The notes beneath the pieces are model-generated. The model did not search any database and was not told where the DNA came from. It worked only from the letters and a program-made list of their open reading frames with translations. 7,164 bases of DNA from IMG/VR virus record IMGVR_UViG_2695420763_000004. One strand, written 5' to 3'. Shown one piece after another: positions 1-7,164 of the stretch. Positions within the stretch are counted from its first letter, which is position 1. Each line of letters begins with the position of its first letter. Made by a program: the position numbers and the translations under genes. This DNA is from a virus. Taxonomy: Duplodnaviria; Heunggongvirae; Uroviricota; Caudoviricetes.

Positions 1-31
1 CCTGAAATCTTTACTGCCATATTCACCCCAC

Positions 32-58
32 AAAAAAGCCCGCCTGAACCGGCGGGCT
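32..58 (-). terminator. Putative rho-independent terminator downstream of lom
   Basis: Plus strand reads aaaaaa (32-37) then gcccgcc (38-44), loop tgaacc (45-50), ggcgggc (51-57). On the minus-strand RNA this is a 7-8 bp GC-rich stem followed directly by UUUUUU, about 27 nt after the lom stop codon (85-87). Confidence 0.6.
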
Positions 59-84
59 GTCATAACACTGTGTTACCTGGCTAA

Positions 85-669
85 TCAGAATTTATAACCG
101 ACACCCACGATGAAACCGTCAGTGCGCCAGTCGCCACTGCCGGAACCTTCATAAGCGACATCAATGGCCACGGACTCGGTCGGGTTAAACTGCACGCCAG
201 CCCCCCACGCCAGAGACGTGTTGCTGTGGCGACCGTCATCACTTCCGATCAGCACATCGTGCGTTTTCCCCTTGTTGTCAGTTACGCGGATATAATCTCC
301 GGAGAAAGTCGAAACACGGCTGTAAGCCACACCCGCCATCGCATACGCGCTGAACCATTCATTCACGCGCACAGACGGCCCCGCCATTACGCTGAACCAG
401 CGGTTACGCACGGAATCTTCATGCCAGCGGGTATCGCTGTAACGGGTCAGCTGGCGATTCTTGTCTCCTGCATAGCTGAATGACGTCACCAGCCCCAGCG
501 TATCCGTAAACTCATAACGGTATTTCACGTTAATCCCGTTAAGATCATCACTGCCGGGAACGTTGGTCCGGGCATGAAGATACCCCGCGCTCAGCGTGGA
601 CTGATGTTCAGACGCCCATGCAGGCGCACCGGATACGGCCAGACAAATGGCTGCACAAACTTTACGCAT
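85..669 (-). CDS. lom: Lom-like outer membrane beta-barrel protein (Ail/Lom/PagC/OmpX family), prophage moron
   Basis: 194-aa ORF. N-terminus MRKVCAAICLAVSGAPAWA-SEHQ looks like a Sec signal peptide with an AxA cleavage site. C-terminus ...DWRTDGFIVGVGYKF has alternating aromatic/hydrophobic residues and a terminal Phe typical of OMP beta-barrels, and matches my recollection of the lambda Lom C-terminus. Lies immediately downstream of J as in lambda. SD-like GAGAGG (plus 675-680) sits 5 nt before the ATG. Confidence 0.85.
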   Translation of the reverse strand: MRKVCAAICLAVSGAPAWASEHQSTLSAGYLHARTNVPGSDDLNGINVKYRYEFTDTLGLVTSFSYAGDKNRQLTRYSDTRWHEDSVRNRWFSVMAGPSVRVNEWFSAYAMAGVAYSRVSTFSGDYIRVTDNKGKTHDVLIGSDDGRHSNTSLAWGAGVQFNPTESVAIDVAYEGSGSGDWRTDGFIVGVGYKF

Positions 670-691
670 AATTACCTCTCGCTTTTCTGCA

Positions 692-717
692 ATAAAAAAG
701 GCGTCATTCCTGACGCC
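692..717 (-). terminator. Putative rho-independent terminator between J and lom
   Basis: Plus strand: aaaaaa (694-699), ggcgtca (700-706), loop ttcc (707-710), tgacgcc (711-717). On the minus-strand RNA: 7-bp stem GGCGUCA/UGACGCC with a GGAA tetraloop, followed by UUUUUUAUU. It sits about 23 nt after the J stop codon (740-742). Confidence 0.6.
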
Positions 718-739
718 ATTTATTGGGGTTATAAATATT

Positions 740-3700
740 TCAACGAATACTGATGCCGGAAGCCGCTTTTTTGGTCACAATCACCGTACAGTCGGTGATA
801 TTGCCTGCCCCCTGATTGCCTTTCTGGAAAATCTTAAACTCCAGAGTGACGCTACCACCACCACTAGGCATATCAATAACTGCACTGTAACTACCGGGAA
901 TGGCCCCTTTAGTTTCTCTGGATGCGATTAATACGCCGTTTTTGCGAACTTCAAAACCATAACCCGTGTATCGCGTGCCTCCTGGGTTATTTCCGCTCCC
1001 CGGATCGTCATACGCTATACCGTTAAAAATAATGGGCGGAATAATAATCTGGCGGTCAAAGTTATGATCATCGCTGATGGTGACTGTAACCGTCCCGTTT
1101 GGTGTTTCCGTGTTACCCCACGTACCGACTTTTTTCGGGAAGGCTTTTGATACAGCTTTAACGAAATCCCCTCTGACCTGGGTCGCCTCCAGCATGCCCT
1201 TAATCGTACAGTTCTGGTTAATCGTGACATTGTTGAGCGTTCCTGAGTTCGCATTCACACTACCACTGATATCCGCATTTTTAGCGGTCAGCTTTCCGTC
1301 TGATGTCAGGGAAAATACCGGAGGACTGCCACCGCTGGTAATGGTGGGGGCCGTCAGGCGCTTCAGGAACACGTCGTTCATGAATATCTGATTGCCCTGC
1401 GCCACAAACATCGGCGTTTCATTCCCGTTTGCCGGGTCAATAAATGCGATACGGTTAGCGGCAACCAGAAACTGACTCAGTTTGCCTTCCTCCGTGTCCT
1501 CCATGCTGAGGCCAATACCCGCGACATAATGTTTGCCGTCTTTGGTCTGCTCAATTTTGACAGCCCACATGGCATTCCATTTATCGTTGGCATCCTTCCA
1601 CTCTTTCGAAAACTCCTCCAGTCTGCTGGCGTTATCCTCCGTCAGCTCGACTTTTTCCAGCAGCTCCTTGCCGAGATGGGATTCGGTTATCTTGCCTTTG
1701 AAAAAATCCAGGTAACCTTCCGCATCATCGCTCGCCCGACCGACGGCCTCCACGAATGCCGATTTGCCAACGGTGTTCACACTGCGGATATAAAAGTAAT
1801 AATCATGGCCCGGTTTGATATTGATACTGGCGGCTATCCAGTACAGCGCCGTACCAAGATAGCGGGCTGTGGTTTCAACCTGCCTGATATCCGCAATCCG
1901 CTTTTCCGAGAACCAGAACTCAAACTGTACCGTCGGATCATAAACCGCAAGATGCGGCGTGGCGGTTATCTGAAAATAGCCCGGCGTCAGCTCAATCCGA
2001 GACGGCGCTGCCGGTGCGGCAATCCGGAACGATACCGATGCCGGATCGCCCTGCTGTCCCCACGCATTTACCGCCCGGACTGTCAGCCTGTAGTTCCCCA
2101 GCGCCAGTTGCGTGAAGCGGTATGTGGTTTCCGCCGTCCGGGCCGTGCTGACCAGCCGCTCACTGCCGTCATCCGCTGCCACGGTCAGGCGAAGCAGGAA
2201 GCTCACGCCCTTCACCACCTTCGGCGTGTCCCAGCGGGCCAGTACCTGATACTCCCCGCTGTCTGCGGTGACTTCGGCAGTCAGGTGCTGCACCGCTGGC
2301 GGCGTGACACCATTCACCGTGCCGCTCTGGTCGCCGTCAAAGTGCGCCCCGTTATCCACGATGGCTTCTTTTTCCGGTACATGCTGCACGGCAGTGATGG
2401 CATACGTGCCGTCATCGTTCTCACGGATACTCACACAACGGAACAGGCGCTGGCGCAACGTCGGCAACTTCAGCCCCCATACGCTGTATCCGGCAACGCC
2501 GTCAGGAACACGGCTCACTTTTACCTTCACGCCGTCGGTGACGGACTGGACCTCCACGCTGACCGGATTGCCACTTCCGTCAACCAGGCTTATCAGCGTG
2601 GTACCGGAGGATGGCAGCGTGATTTCACGGTCGAGCGTCAGCGTCCGGGTCTGGCTGTTCACCGCCAGCACGCGCCCGCCGGTGCTGATACCGGCATAGT
2701 CATCATCGCAGATTTCAATGACATCGCCCGGTACATGGCGAAGCCCTTCCGCACCCACGCTGAAGTCCACGGTCTGCGTTTCCAGCAGCTCCGTTTTAAT
2801 CAGCCACAGCCCGGCTCGGTGTGCCTGCCCCCGGCTGGTACAGCCAAAGGCATCCATCTTCGTGACGTTACGACCGTAACGGGCAATGGCCTGCGTGTCC
2901 TCCACAAGCTCTGTCGCCGTCTCCCAGCCGTTATCCGGGTCAATCCAGTTCACCTCAACGGCATTATGGCGGTCCTTGAGGGCGCTGAAGCTGTAGCGGA
3001 ACGGCGCGCCATCATCCGGCATCACCACATTACTGCGGTTATAGGTCCACACCTTATCCGACGGTCGGTCCTGCACGAACGTCAGCGTCTGCCCGTTCCA
3101 TACCGGCATACAGCGCATCGCCGAGCAGAAATCACTGAGCACATCCCACGCCTTGCGCTGTGTGGTCAGGTACGCATTACAGGTGATGCGCGGCTCCGTG
3201 CCGCCAAAGCCGTCCGGCACTGACTGGTCGCAGTACTGGCCGATGATATACAGCGCCCATTTATCCACATCCGCCGCACCAAGACGTTTTCCCATGCCGT
3301 AGCGCGGGTGGGTCAGCATATCCCACAGACACCAGGCCATGTTGTTGCTGTATGCCGGTTTTAACGTTCCATCCCAGATACCACTGTATTGCCGCGTCTG
3401 CGGGTTATAGTTCGACGGCACCTGCAGAATGCGCCCGCGAAGATGATAATTACGGCTCACCTGCTGGCTGCCGAACTGCTCCGAGTCCACCTGCACGCCG
3501 ACCAGTGCCGTGTTCGGGTAGCACTGTTTCACATCGATGATTTCGGTGTATGACGACCAGAGCGTTTTGTTCTGCAGCTGGTCTGTGGTGCTGTCCGGCG
3601 TCATCCTGCGCATCCGGATATTAAACGGGCGCGGCGGCAGGTTATCCACCACCACCGAGGCCAGATACTGCGAGGTGGTTTTGCCCTTAATGGTGATGTC

Positions 3701-4153
3701 TTTTTCCGTCACCCAGCCACCGTTACGTTGTATCTGAACCAGCAGGCGGACTTCCGATGGATTCCGGTCCCCCTTTGAGGTGGTTTCCACCAGTGCCTGC
3801 ACGCCGAAAGTAAAACGCAGACGGTCAATGTTTGCCGACGTGATGGTCCGGGTGATCGGCGTGTCATATTTCACTTCTGTACCGAGCACCGTCTCGGAGC
3901 CGGAGGATTCAAATCCCTCCGGCGGTGTCTGCTCCTGCTCACCGGCCCGGAACACCACCGTGACGCCGGATATATTGGTATTCCCCTCACTGTCCAGCAC
4001 CGGCGTACTGTTCAGCAGCACGCTTTTTAATCCATCCACCGGACCTTCAACCGGCCCTTCGCTGATGGCATCGATCACACTCAGCAGCTGCGTGGACTTC
4101 AGGTTGTCCTTCGCTTCGCGCGGGGTATGCCCCTTACTGCTGCCTTTACCCAT
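740..4153 (-). CDS. J: Central tail fibre / host specificity protein J (tail tip attachment protein)
   Basis: 1137-aa ORF. From the N-terminus [34 protein letters not shown]... through roughly residue 960 it is near-identical to my recollection of lambda gpJ (1132 aa). The last ~160 residues are related but clearly diverged. GGAG Shine-Dalgarno (plus 4162-4165) lies 8 nt upstream of the ATG (4151-4153). Position between I and lom matches lambda. Confidence 0.95.
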   Translation of the reverse strand: MGKGSSKGHTPREAKDNLKSTQLLSVIDAISEGPVEGPVDGLKSVLLNSTPVLDSEGNTNISGVTVVFRAGEQEQTPPEGFESSGSETVLGTEVKYDTPITRTITSANIDRLRFTFGVQALVETTSKGDRNPSEVRLLVQIQRNGGWVTEKDITIKGKTTSQYLASVVVDNLPPRPFNIRMRRMTPDSTTDQLQNKTLWSSYTEIIDVKQCYPNTALVGVQVDSEQFGSQQVSRNYHLRGRILQVPSNYNPQTRQYSGIWDGTLKPAYSNNMAWCLWDMLTHPRYGMGKRLGAADVDKWALYIIGQYCDQSVPDGFGGTEPRITCNAYLTTQRKAWDVLSDFCSAMRCMPVWNGQTLTFVQDRPSDKVWTYNRSNVVMPDDGAPFRYSFSALKDRHNAVEVNWIDPDNGWETATELVEDTQAIARYGRNVTKMDAFGCTSRGQAHRAGLWLIKTELLETQTVDFSVGAEGLRHVPGDVIEICDDDYAGISTGGRVLAVNSQTRTLTLDREITLPSSGTTLISLVDGSGNPVSVEVQSVTDGVKVKVSRVPDGVAGYSVWGLKLPTLRQRLFRCVSIRENDDGTYAITAVQHVPEKEAIVDNGAHFDGDQSGTVNGVTPPAVQHLTAEVTADSGEYQVLARWDTPKVVKGVSFLLRLTVAADDGSERLVSTARTAETTYRFTQLALGNYRLTVRAVNAWGQQGDPASVSFRIAAPAAPSRIELTPGYFQITATPHLAVYDPTVQFEFWFSEKRIADIRQVETTARYLGTALYWIAASINIKPGHDYYFYIRSVNTVGKSAFVEAVGRASDDAEGYLDFFKGKITESHLGKELLEKVELTEDNASRLEEFSKEWKDANDKWNAMWAVKIEQTKDGKHYVAGIGLSMEDTEEGKLSQFLVAANRIAFIDPANGNETPMFVAQGNQIFMNDVFLKRLTAPTITSGGSPPVFSLTSDGKLTAKNADISGSVNANSGTLNNVTINQNCTIKGMLEATQVRGDFVKAVSKAFPKKVGTWGNTETPNGTVTVTISDDHNFDRQIIIPPIIFNGIAYDDPGSGNNPGGTRYTGYGFEVRKNGVLIASRETKGAIPGSYSAVIDMPSGGGSVTLEFKIFQKGNQGAGNITDCTVIVTKKAASGISIR

Positions 4154-4161
4154 TCGTCATG

Positions 4162-4165
4162 CTCC
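4162..4165 (-). promoter_or_regulatory. Shine-Dalgarno sequence for J
   Basis: Minus-strand GGAG, 8 nt upstream of the J ATG. Confidence 0.6.
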
Positions 4166-4195
4166 ATAAACGATAAAACCGCCCGGAGGCGGTTT
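4166..4195 (-). terminator. Terminator-like hairpin in the I-J intergenic spacer (possible attenuator or mRNA-stability element)
   Basis: Perfect inverted repeat aaaccgcc (4176-4183) / ggcggttt (4188-4195) with loop cgga (4184-4187). On the minus-strand RNA the GC-rich stem is followed by UUUUAUCGUUU (plus 4165-4175), then the J SD and start codon. Confidence 0.45.
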
Positions 4196-4213
4196 CACAT
4201 AAAACGTTTTTCA

Positions 4214-4885
4214 TCAGCGACCAATCACCACAACCTGACCACCATCCCCTTCGTCTGCCGTGCTGATCTCCTGAGAGACCACCCGCGACCCCACGCGCAT
4301 TTCACCGTACAGAACGGGCAGAACATTGCCCTGGGCAACCATGTTATCCAGTGACGAGAAATACGTGTTCTGTTTGCCGTTATCTGTACTGGCTGCCGTG
4401 GGCGTCCTGGCTTTCGGTGCCAGCATCTGCGCCACACCACCGAGCACCATACTGGCACCGAGAGAAAACAGGATGCCGGTCATACCACCGGCCCCAATGG
4501 CTGCCCCCCATGCTGCAAGGGTGGCTCCGGCGGTAAAGAATGATCCGGCAATGGCGGCAGCCCCCAGGACAATCTGGAATACGCCACCTGACTTGGCCCC
4601 GGCGACTCTGGGAACAATATGAATCACAGCGCCATCAGGCAGAGTCTCATGTAACTGCGCCGTTAACCCGGACGTGCTGACGTCCCGCCCGGCAATCCGT
4701 ACCTGATACCAGCCGTCGCTCAGTTTCTGACGAAACGCCGGGAGCTGTGTGGCCAGTGCCCGGATGGCTTCAGCCCCCGTTTTCACACGAAGGTCGATGC
4801 GGCGACCAAATCGTTGTAAATCCCCGTAAAGGCAGATGCGCGCCATGCCCGGTGACGCCAGAGGGAGTGTGTGCGTCGCTGCCAT
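4214..4885 (-). CDS. I: Tail tip assembly protein I
   Basis: 223-aa ORF MAATHTLPLASPGMARICLYGDLQRFGRRIDLRVKTGAEAIRALATQLP..., matching lambda gpI (223 aa) from memory. The start overlaps the 3' end of K by 103 bp in a different frame, as in lambda. Tandem stops TGATGA at the 3' end. Confidence 0.93.
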   Translation of the reverse strand: MAATHTLPLASPGMARICLYGDLQRFGRRIDLRVKTGAEAIRALATQLPAFRQKLSDGWYQVRIAGRDVSTSGLTAQLHETLPDGAVIHIVPRVAGAKSGGVFQIVLGAAAIAGSFFTAGATLAAWGAAIGAGGMTGILFSLGASMVLGGVAQMLAPKARTPTAASTDNGKQNTYFSSLDNMVAQGNVLPVLYGEMRVGSRVVSQEISTADEGDGGQVVVIGR

Positions 4886-5526
4886 TTGTCGGTGTACCTC
4901 TCTCGTTTGCTCAGTTGTTCAGGAATATGGTGCAGCAGCTCGCCGTCGCCGCAGTAAATTGCGGCGTGATTCGGCACTGATGAACCAAAACAGCACAGCA
5001 GCACATCGCCCGGCTGTGCCGCTGACAACGGCACCTGATACAGCCCCGTCGCCTCCAGATTATCCAGATAGAGATTCTGACCGTGACGCCACCAGTCATC
5101 CTCACGATAAAAGTCCGGCATCTCAATCCCCGCCAGATGATAAGCATCCCGGAACAGTGTGTAACAGTCCGTCACACCGTGCTCAAAGCGCCGCCCGGTG
5201 AGATGCGGCACACAGCGGAACTTATGAATCGTCCCCCGGCAGACCAGCCACCACGGCAAATCACTCTGCACCTGCAGCCGCCGGTCGGCCTCACTCAGCC
5301 AGGGCAGACCACCGGGGTGGCTGTGGACCAGCGCCACAATCTCACCCTGCATTTCTGCCTGCAGCCAGTCTTCCGGCGACATACGGAAATACGCCTCCGG
5401 CTCACCGGAGATATTCACGCAGGGAAAATATCTTTCCCCCTCCGGCGTGCTTACCACGAAGCCGCACGACTCCGCTGGCGCACATCGCCGGGCGTGCGCC
5501 AGAATCGCTGATTCTGTCTGTGTCAT
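4783..5526 (-). CDS. K: Tail tip assembly protein K (JAMM/MPN metallopeptidase-like plus NlpC/P60-like domains); long 247-aa form, classical 199-aa start would be at 5382
   Basis: 247-aa ORF MTQTESAILAHARRC... The ATG at 5524-5526 is 5 nt downstream of the L stop. The classical lambda K annotation (199 aa) corresponds to the in-frame Met49 (codon 5380-5382), which is preceded by GGAGG at a 13-nt spacing. JAMM-like motif HSHPGGLPWLSEAD (H68, H70, S78, D81). A DCYT cysteine (C121) and downstream His residues are consistent with an NlpC/P60 papain-like fold. Confidence 0.9.
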   Translation of the reverse strand: MTQTESAILAHARRCAPAESCGFVVSTPEGERYFPCVNISGEPEAYFRMSPEDWLQAEMQGEIVALVHSHPGGLPWLSEADRRLQVQSDLPWWLVCRGTIHKFRCVPHLTGRRFEHGVTDCYTLFRDAYHLAGIEMPDFYREDDWWRHGQNLYLDNLEATGLYQVPLSAAQPGDVLLCCFGSSVPNHAAIYCGDGELLHHIPEQLSKRERYTDKWQRRTHSLWRHRAWRASAFTGIYNDLVAASTFV

Positions 5527-5531
5527 GGGAT

Positions 5532-6230
5532 TTACTGCGAAAGTTTGTTAATGGAAAGGAAGCCGCCAAAGTTGCCGACGTTATTGCGGAACTTACAACC
5601 GCTCAGGCATTTGCTGCATTTATCCTTCGTGATATCGGACGTTGGCTGGTCATATTCATCCGCGACAGCCGGACCGCTATAACCGCACTCGTCACCGCGA
5701 TAGGTCCAGGTGCAGGTGTTGGCCAGCATGATACGTCCCGGAAAAACAGCGCCATCCGTTTCCGTCGGCGTGGACAGTACAAAGGAGGCACTCACCGCGC
5801 TCAGTTCGCTGCACTGCTCAATGCGCCAGCGGCTGATCACCTCCTGCTCCGGATCGGCGTAACTGTTTCCGTTGACGAAGTTCACCGCATCCAGAAAACG
5901 GGCGTAAACCTTACGCCGGACCACCGCTCCGCCGACCAGACTCTGCATATCTTCCGCCATCCCGGTGACCATACCGTACAGGTTAGAAACCGTCAGCGTG
6001 GGGCGCGTACTGGTGCCTTTGCCATTCAGTTCAAAACCGCTCCCCTGAATGGGATACGGCTGATACTGTCGCCCCTGCCAGGTGACCGGCTCACCTTTTT
6101 CGTTCTGCTCATTACAGAAAAAATAACGTTCTCCACCGACCTCTGTCAGGTCGATTTCCCAGAGCACCACGCTGGCCGACTGCTCCGCACGGGTGCATTC
6201 ATTCAGTGTTTCCTGCCGGATATCCTGCAT
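5532..6230 (-). CDS. L: Tail tip assembly protein L
   Basis: 232-aa ORF MQDIRQETLNECTRAEQSASVVLWEIDLTEVGGERYFFCNEQNEKGEPVTWQGRQYQPYP..., matching lambda gpL (232 aa) from memory. Its start codon shares one nucleotide with the M stop (ATGA-type overlap). C-terminal Cys cluster C-x8-C ... C-x2-C-x3-C. Confidence 0.95.
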   Translation of the reverse strand: MQDIRQETLNECTRAEQSASVVLWEIDLTEVGGERYFFCNEQNEKGEPVTWQGRQYQPYPIQGSGFELNGKGTSTRPTLTVSNLYGMVTGMAEDMQSLVGGAVVRRKVYARFLDAVNFVNGNSYADPEQEVISRWRIEQCSELSAVSASFVLSTPTETDGAVFPGRIMLANTCTWTYRGDECGYSGPAVADEYDQPTSDITKDKCSKCLSGCKFRNNVGNFGGFLSINKLSQ

Positions 6231-6559
6231 CAGTTCACCACCTGTTCAAACTCTGCGCTGAACTCAACACGCAACATACTGACCCGCGACGACCATTTTG
6301 CGCAGGTCACCTTTATCTGCCGCCACTCATAAGGCGGCGTCCACAGAAAGGATTTCCAGCCCCCGTGCTCTTCCAGAAACGACTCCAGTACCGTGGCCTC
6401 CTCACGGGGGACAGAAAGCGTCACGCTGTACGTTTTCAGGTTGGCATTCAGCCCGGCAGGCGCTCGCTGAGAATAGCCATCACCAAAGCGCACCTTTCTT
6501 ACAGAAGGGACCGAAGCCACATCCATACCGGGTTTCACTTTCCAGCGGAAGGTCTTCAT
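6230..6559 (-). CDS. M: Tail tip assembly protein M
   Basis: 109-aa ORF MKTFRWKVKPGMDVASVPSVRKVRFGDGYSQRAPAGLNANLKTYSVTLSVPREEATVLESFLEEHGGWKSFLWTPPYEW..., matching lambda gpM (109 aa) from memory. Its start overlaps the H stop by 4 bp. Confidence 0.95.
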   Translation of the reverse strand: MKTFRWKVKPGMDVASVPSVRKVRFGDGYSQRAPAGLNANLKTYSVTLSVPREEATVLESFLEEHGGWKSFLWTPPYEWRQIKVTCAKWSSRVSMLRVEFSAEFEQVVN

Positions 6560-7164
6560 CGTCCACCTCCGGAGAACAGGCCACCATCACGCATCTGTGT
6601 CTGAATTTCATCACGGGCACCCTTGCGGGCCATGTCATACACCGCCTTCAGAGCAGCCGGACCTATCTGACCGTTCGTGCCGTCGTTGTTAATCACCACA
6701 TGGTTATTCTGCTCAAACGTCCCGGACGCCTGCGACCGACTGTCCGCCATGCTGCCCGGTGTACCGACATAACCGCCGGTGGCATAGCCGCGCATCAGCC
6801 GGTAAAGATTCCCCACGCCAATCCGGCTGGTTGCCTCCTTCGTGAAGACAAATTCACCACGGTGAACAATCCCCGCTGGCTCATATTTGCCGCCGGTTCC
6901 CGTAAATCCTCCGGTTGCAAAATGGAATTTCGCCGCAGCGGCCTGAATGGCTGTACCGCCTGACGCGGATGCGCCGCCACCAACAGCCCCGCCAATGGCG
7001 CTGCCGATACTCCCGACAATCCCCACCATTGCCTGCTTAAGCAGAATTTCTGTCATCATGGACAGCACGGAACGGGTGAAGCTGCGCCAGTTCTGCTCAC
7101 TGCCGGTCAGCATCGCCGCCATATTCTGTGCAATACCATCAAAGGTCTGCGTGGCTGCACTTTT
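6556..7164 (-). CDS. H: Tail tape measure protein H, C-terminal fragment (5' end lies beyond the window)
   Basis: The frame is open from the window edge (7164) to the stop at 6556-6558. The track shows only the part from an internal Met (7122), but the 14 upstream codons (KSAATQTFDGIAQN) contain no stop. The Gly-rich C-terminus ...GIVGSIGSAIGGAVGGGASASGG...GGLFSGGGR matches the lambda gpH C-terminus from memory. Position immediately upstream of M matches lambda. Confidence 0.9.
   Translation of the reverse strand, partial: KSAATQTFDGIAQNMAAMLTGSEQNWRSFTRSVLSMMTEILLKQAMVGIVGSIGSAIGGAVGGGASASGGTAIQAAAAKFHFATGGFTGTGGKYEPAGIVHRGEFVFTKEATSRIGVGNLYRLMRGYATGGYVGTPGSMADSRSQASGTFEQNNHVVINNDGTNGQIGPAALKAVYDMARKGARDEIQTQMRDGGLFSGGGR

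Noticed and set aside
1529-3223. 564-aa plus-strand ORF
   Set aside because: It lies entirely antisense to the strongly supported J gene. Its Arg/Pro/Ala/His-rich, low-complexity composition is typical of the reverse frame of a GC-rich coding sequence, and it has no recognisable homology. Long antisense ORFs are expected by chance here.
4783-4885. Possible programmed frameshift site at the K/I overlap
   Set aside because: The overlap is explained by independent initiation of I at its own ATG, as in lambda. I saw no slippery heptamer. The known lambda tail frameshift (G-T) lies upstream of H, outside this window.
5520-6332. 270-aa plus-strand ORF
   Set aside because: Antisense to L and M, with composition typical of a shadow ORF. 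It is not a credible gene.
6298-6963. 221-aa plus-strand ORF
   Set aside because: Antisense to the M and H coding regions. It is Arg/Ser/Pro-rich and a shadow ORF.
85-7164. Remaining short ORFs on either strand (60-143 aa) nested within or antisense to lom, J, I, K, L, M and H
   Set aside because: All overlap confidently assigned genes in other frames or on the opposite strand. None shows independent signals such as an SD or conserved motifs.
1-7164. CRISPR arrays, tRNA or other structured RNA genes, insertion sequences or att sites
   Set aside because: I saw no regularly spaced direct repeats, no tRNA-like cloverleaf candidates, and no terminal inverted repeats flanking a transposase. The window is fully accounted for by the phage tail-tip genes plus lom.
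1-7164. A novel or undescribed biological system such as a defence island or toxin cassette
   Set aside because: Gene content and order match the canonical lambda H-M-L-K-I-J-lom module almost exactly. The only non-canonical elements are the diverged J C-terminus and the K start-site question, both variations on known biology.

Overview
This window is the tail-tip / host-specificity module of a lambda-like (lambdoid) siphovirus, almost certainly a prophage in an enterobacterial genome, with every gene on the minus strand. Reading in the direction of transcription (high to low coordinates) the order is: 3' end of the tape-measure gene H (truncated by the window edge), M, L, K, I, the central tail fibre gene J, and the lom outer-membrane-protein moron. 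Identification rests on the translated ORFs, which match my memory of phage lambda gpM, gpL, gpK, gpI, gpJ and the gpH C-terminus nearly residue for residue; no alignment was run. The gene junctions show the classic lambda late-operon layout (overlapping stop/start codons, and a 103-bp out-of-frame K/I overlap). I see three intrinsic-terminator-like hairpins on the minus strand. I do not see evidence for a genuinely undescribed system; this is a well-characterised module. The most notable features are: (1) the C-terminal ~160 residues of J diverge from lambda J and sit in a visibly AT-richer block, suggesting a swapped receptor-binding cassette; (2) the K reading frame is 48 codons longer than the classical 199-aa lambda K annotation, and the extension probably completes a JAMM/MPN domain; (3) gpI has a ubiquitin-like N-terminal part ending in Gly-Gly followed by a Gly/Ala-rich hydrophobic tail, next to the JAMM-bearing K; (4) a terminator-like hairpin lies in the 60-bp I-J spacer. 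All long plus-strand ORFs are antisense artefacts.
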